DNA from: Octopus sinensis
Taxonomy: Eukaryota
Direction: 5' to 3'
Length of the DNA: 64,000 nt
Assembly: GCF_006345805.1 (NCBI RefSeq)
Contig: NC_042997.1
Span: 161,200,001-161,264,000, forward strand
The number at the start of each line of letters is the position of its first letter. Position 1 is the first letter of the stretch. Below the pieces are notes generated by a model. The model ran no database searches and was not told the origin of the DNA. It was given only the letters and a program-made list of their open reading frames with translations. The translations under genes and the position numbers were made by a program. This document shows, piece by piece, positions 62,301-64,000 of this stretch.

Positions 62301-62881
62301 ACCTTCCGTAGGGTCAATATTCCGGTATATTTGTACATATCTATATGTATATTTGTAATATTTATATGTATATATATATCTGTGTGTGTGTGTGTGTGTG
62401 TGTGCGTATATGTGTACACACATATGTATATATGTATGTGTATATTATCTGGTAACGCTTCAACAAGTAGAAAAATACTCAATCAGCTTAGAAAGTAAAG
62501 ATAATCTTAAAATAAAATCATATATCTGTTAATACTGCTACCCAGAGTTTCCTGGTTTAAATAATAATTTACTCCGGCATTTATCAAGCAGATAACGTTT
62601 AAGACTAATATATATATATATATATACGATTATGTGTATGCAGATATATATAACGAGCAATATCTCTCCTGATGACGTAATATGAATCATGTATGTACTG
62701 ACACCGCTAAACTTAAAATTACGGTGCGTGTGTGAGTATGTGTGTGTATGACTATGTGTTTGCATGTATGTGTGTAAGGGTGTGTGCGCGTGTACAAGAG
62801 TATTTAGTGATTTGTAAAATGTTATAGGAGATCAAAGAACTAATTATTGGTGATCGTTTATTTTTTAGGAAAATATGATCA

Positions 62882-63300
62882 TTACAATTCAGTTACAGAT
62901 ATATAACACGTAGCTTCTGCAGATTCTTCAAAGAAGACGCTATACGTCATTAGGATAGCAGTTATTACTTCGTATCCTTTTACGAGTCTGGATGCTATCT
63001 CGTTGTGGTCAATGATCTGAATCAATGATTCGCAAGCTGGAAACATGTAACAACCGACCCTGCTGTTCATAAGTTTCATTACAAAATCACAATTGTGGGC
63101 ATTTCTAGAACATAAATTATCAAAACCGCATTCACATGAAGTACCCAATGTAATGTTCTTATGGCAATTATTGCTTAATCCTCGGTTGTTCTTGAGTGAC
63201 CAAACCATGACCAAATGTTTTCTAGCCATGATTATCACATCGTTTTTAAAGTATATTGCATTATAGAACATATGATTCAATCTGATGTATCGAACTATAT
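62882..63300 (-). other. Unassigned 138-codon open frame, candidate terminal exon
   Basis: Non-repetitive, stop-free in AT-rich DNA, preceded by an acceptor-like CTTTATCGTTTCAG; Cys-rich segment; family not recognised. Confidence 0.3.
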
Positions 63301-64000
63301 CTGAAACGATAAAGTATTTTAATGAGATTTAAGGAGTTTTTTTAACAGTGGGAAAAGACGCCCTGGAGACTCCACCATTGTTTGAAAAGTATTGAAAATT
63401 TAGCAGTGTCAGTATGCAAATATAATATCATTTGATCAAGATATAGTAACTGCCAAAAATATATAAATAAGTAAATCAAATTAAAAGAGAAAATAAAGAT
63501 GAAATCAGAAAATATGCCCATTGGTGTCAAGTGAAAACAAGGACTTCAAGCAAACGGCACCTTAATAGGGGACCACAGATTCACAATTGCTCCTCCATAT
63601 ACTACATGGAAGTGGCGGTGCTGCAAAGTCGCAAATGTATATAATATCTGCCATGAAACGTCCACCAGCTATGATCAATGAAGATCATAACTGTCTACTA
63701 AACACCTCAAGAAGGGATGCACTCACGTGGGGATTCAAGAGATTGCAAAAGCTCTTGTCTAAACTACATGTCACGGGCTTCTGAAATATAGAAGTTCTAA
63801 TATGTCATTGTTACAGAATTGTGGATTACCCCAATCACCACAACAAAGACTATTTGTCCCCTAGTCCTAGTTGTTGGTGTGTCAGTTATGTACCACACAG
63901 TTTTATCCACTAGGGATGCATACTAAACTTGCACAAAGGTCTTCTAAAGTGAGAAATATCTGCGTGGATATCCTCCTCATCCTCCTGTTCTTGCACAATA

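Overview
AT-rich eukaryotic genomic DNA packed with transposable elements and microsatellites. The repeat content (tRNA-derived SINEs, (AAT)n/(TA)n/(CA)n arrays, Penelope, Dong/R4 and HERO relics) looks like an octopus or other cephalopod genome; this is inferred, not proven. No host gene, rRNA, bona fide tRNA or CRISPR array could be supported. Most short ORFs in the track are microsatellite translations or antisense shadows. The main intact feature is a near full-length 4.6 kb APE/RT LINE (22695-27328, minus strand). Its ORF1 carries a Myb/SANT-like motif plus two CCCH zinc fingers, and it is separated from an AUG-less ORF2 by a single in-frame TAA. At least four families of RLE-type Dong/R4-like retrotransposons are stacked in (AAT)n tracts (12-14.8, 43.8-51.7 and 57.2-60.9 kb). 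Also present are HERO, RTE and Tx1/L1 relics, several mariner/Tc1 elements, and many Penelope-type fold-back structures carrying hammerhead-ribozyme (HHR) motifs, one of them in a composite tRNA-head + (AAT)n + HHR element. Boundaries of decayed relics are approximate. All alignments and translations were done by eye.
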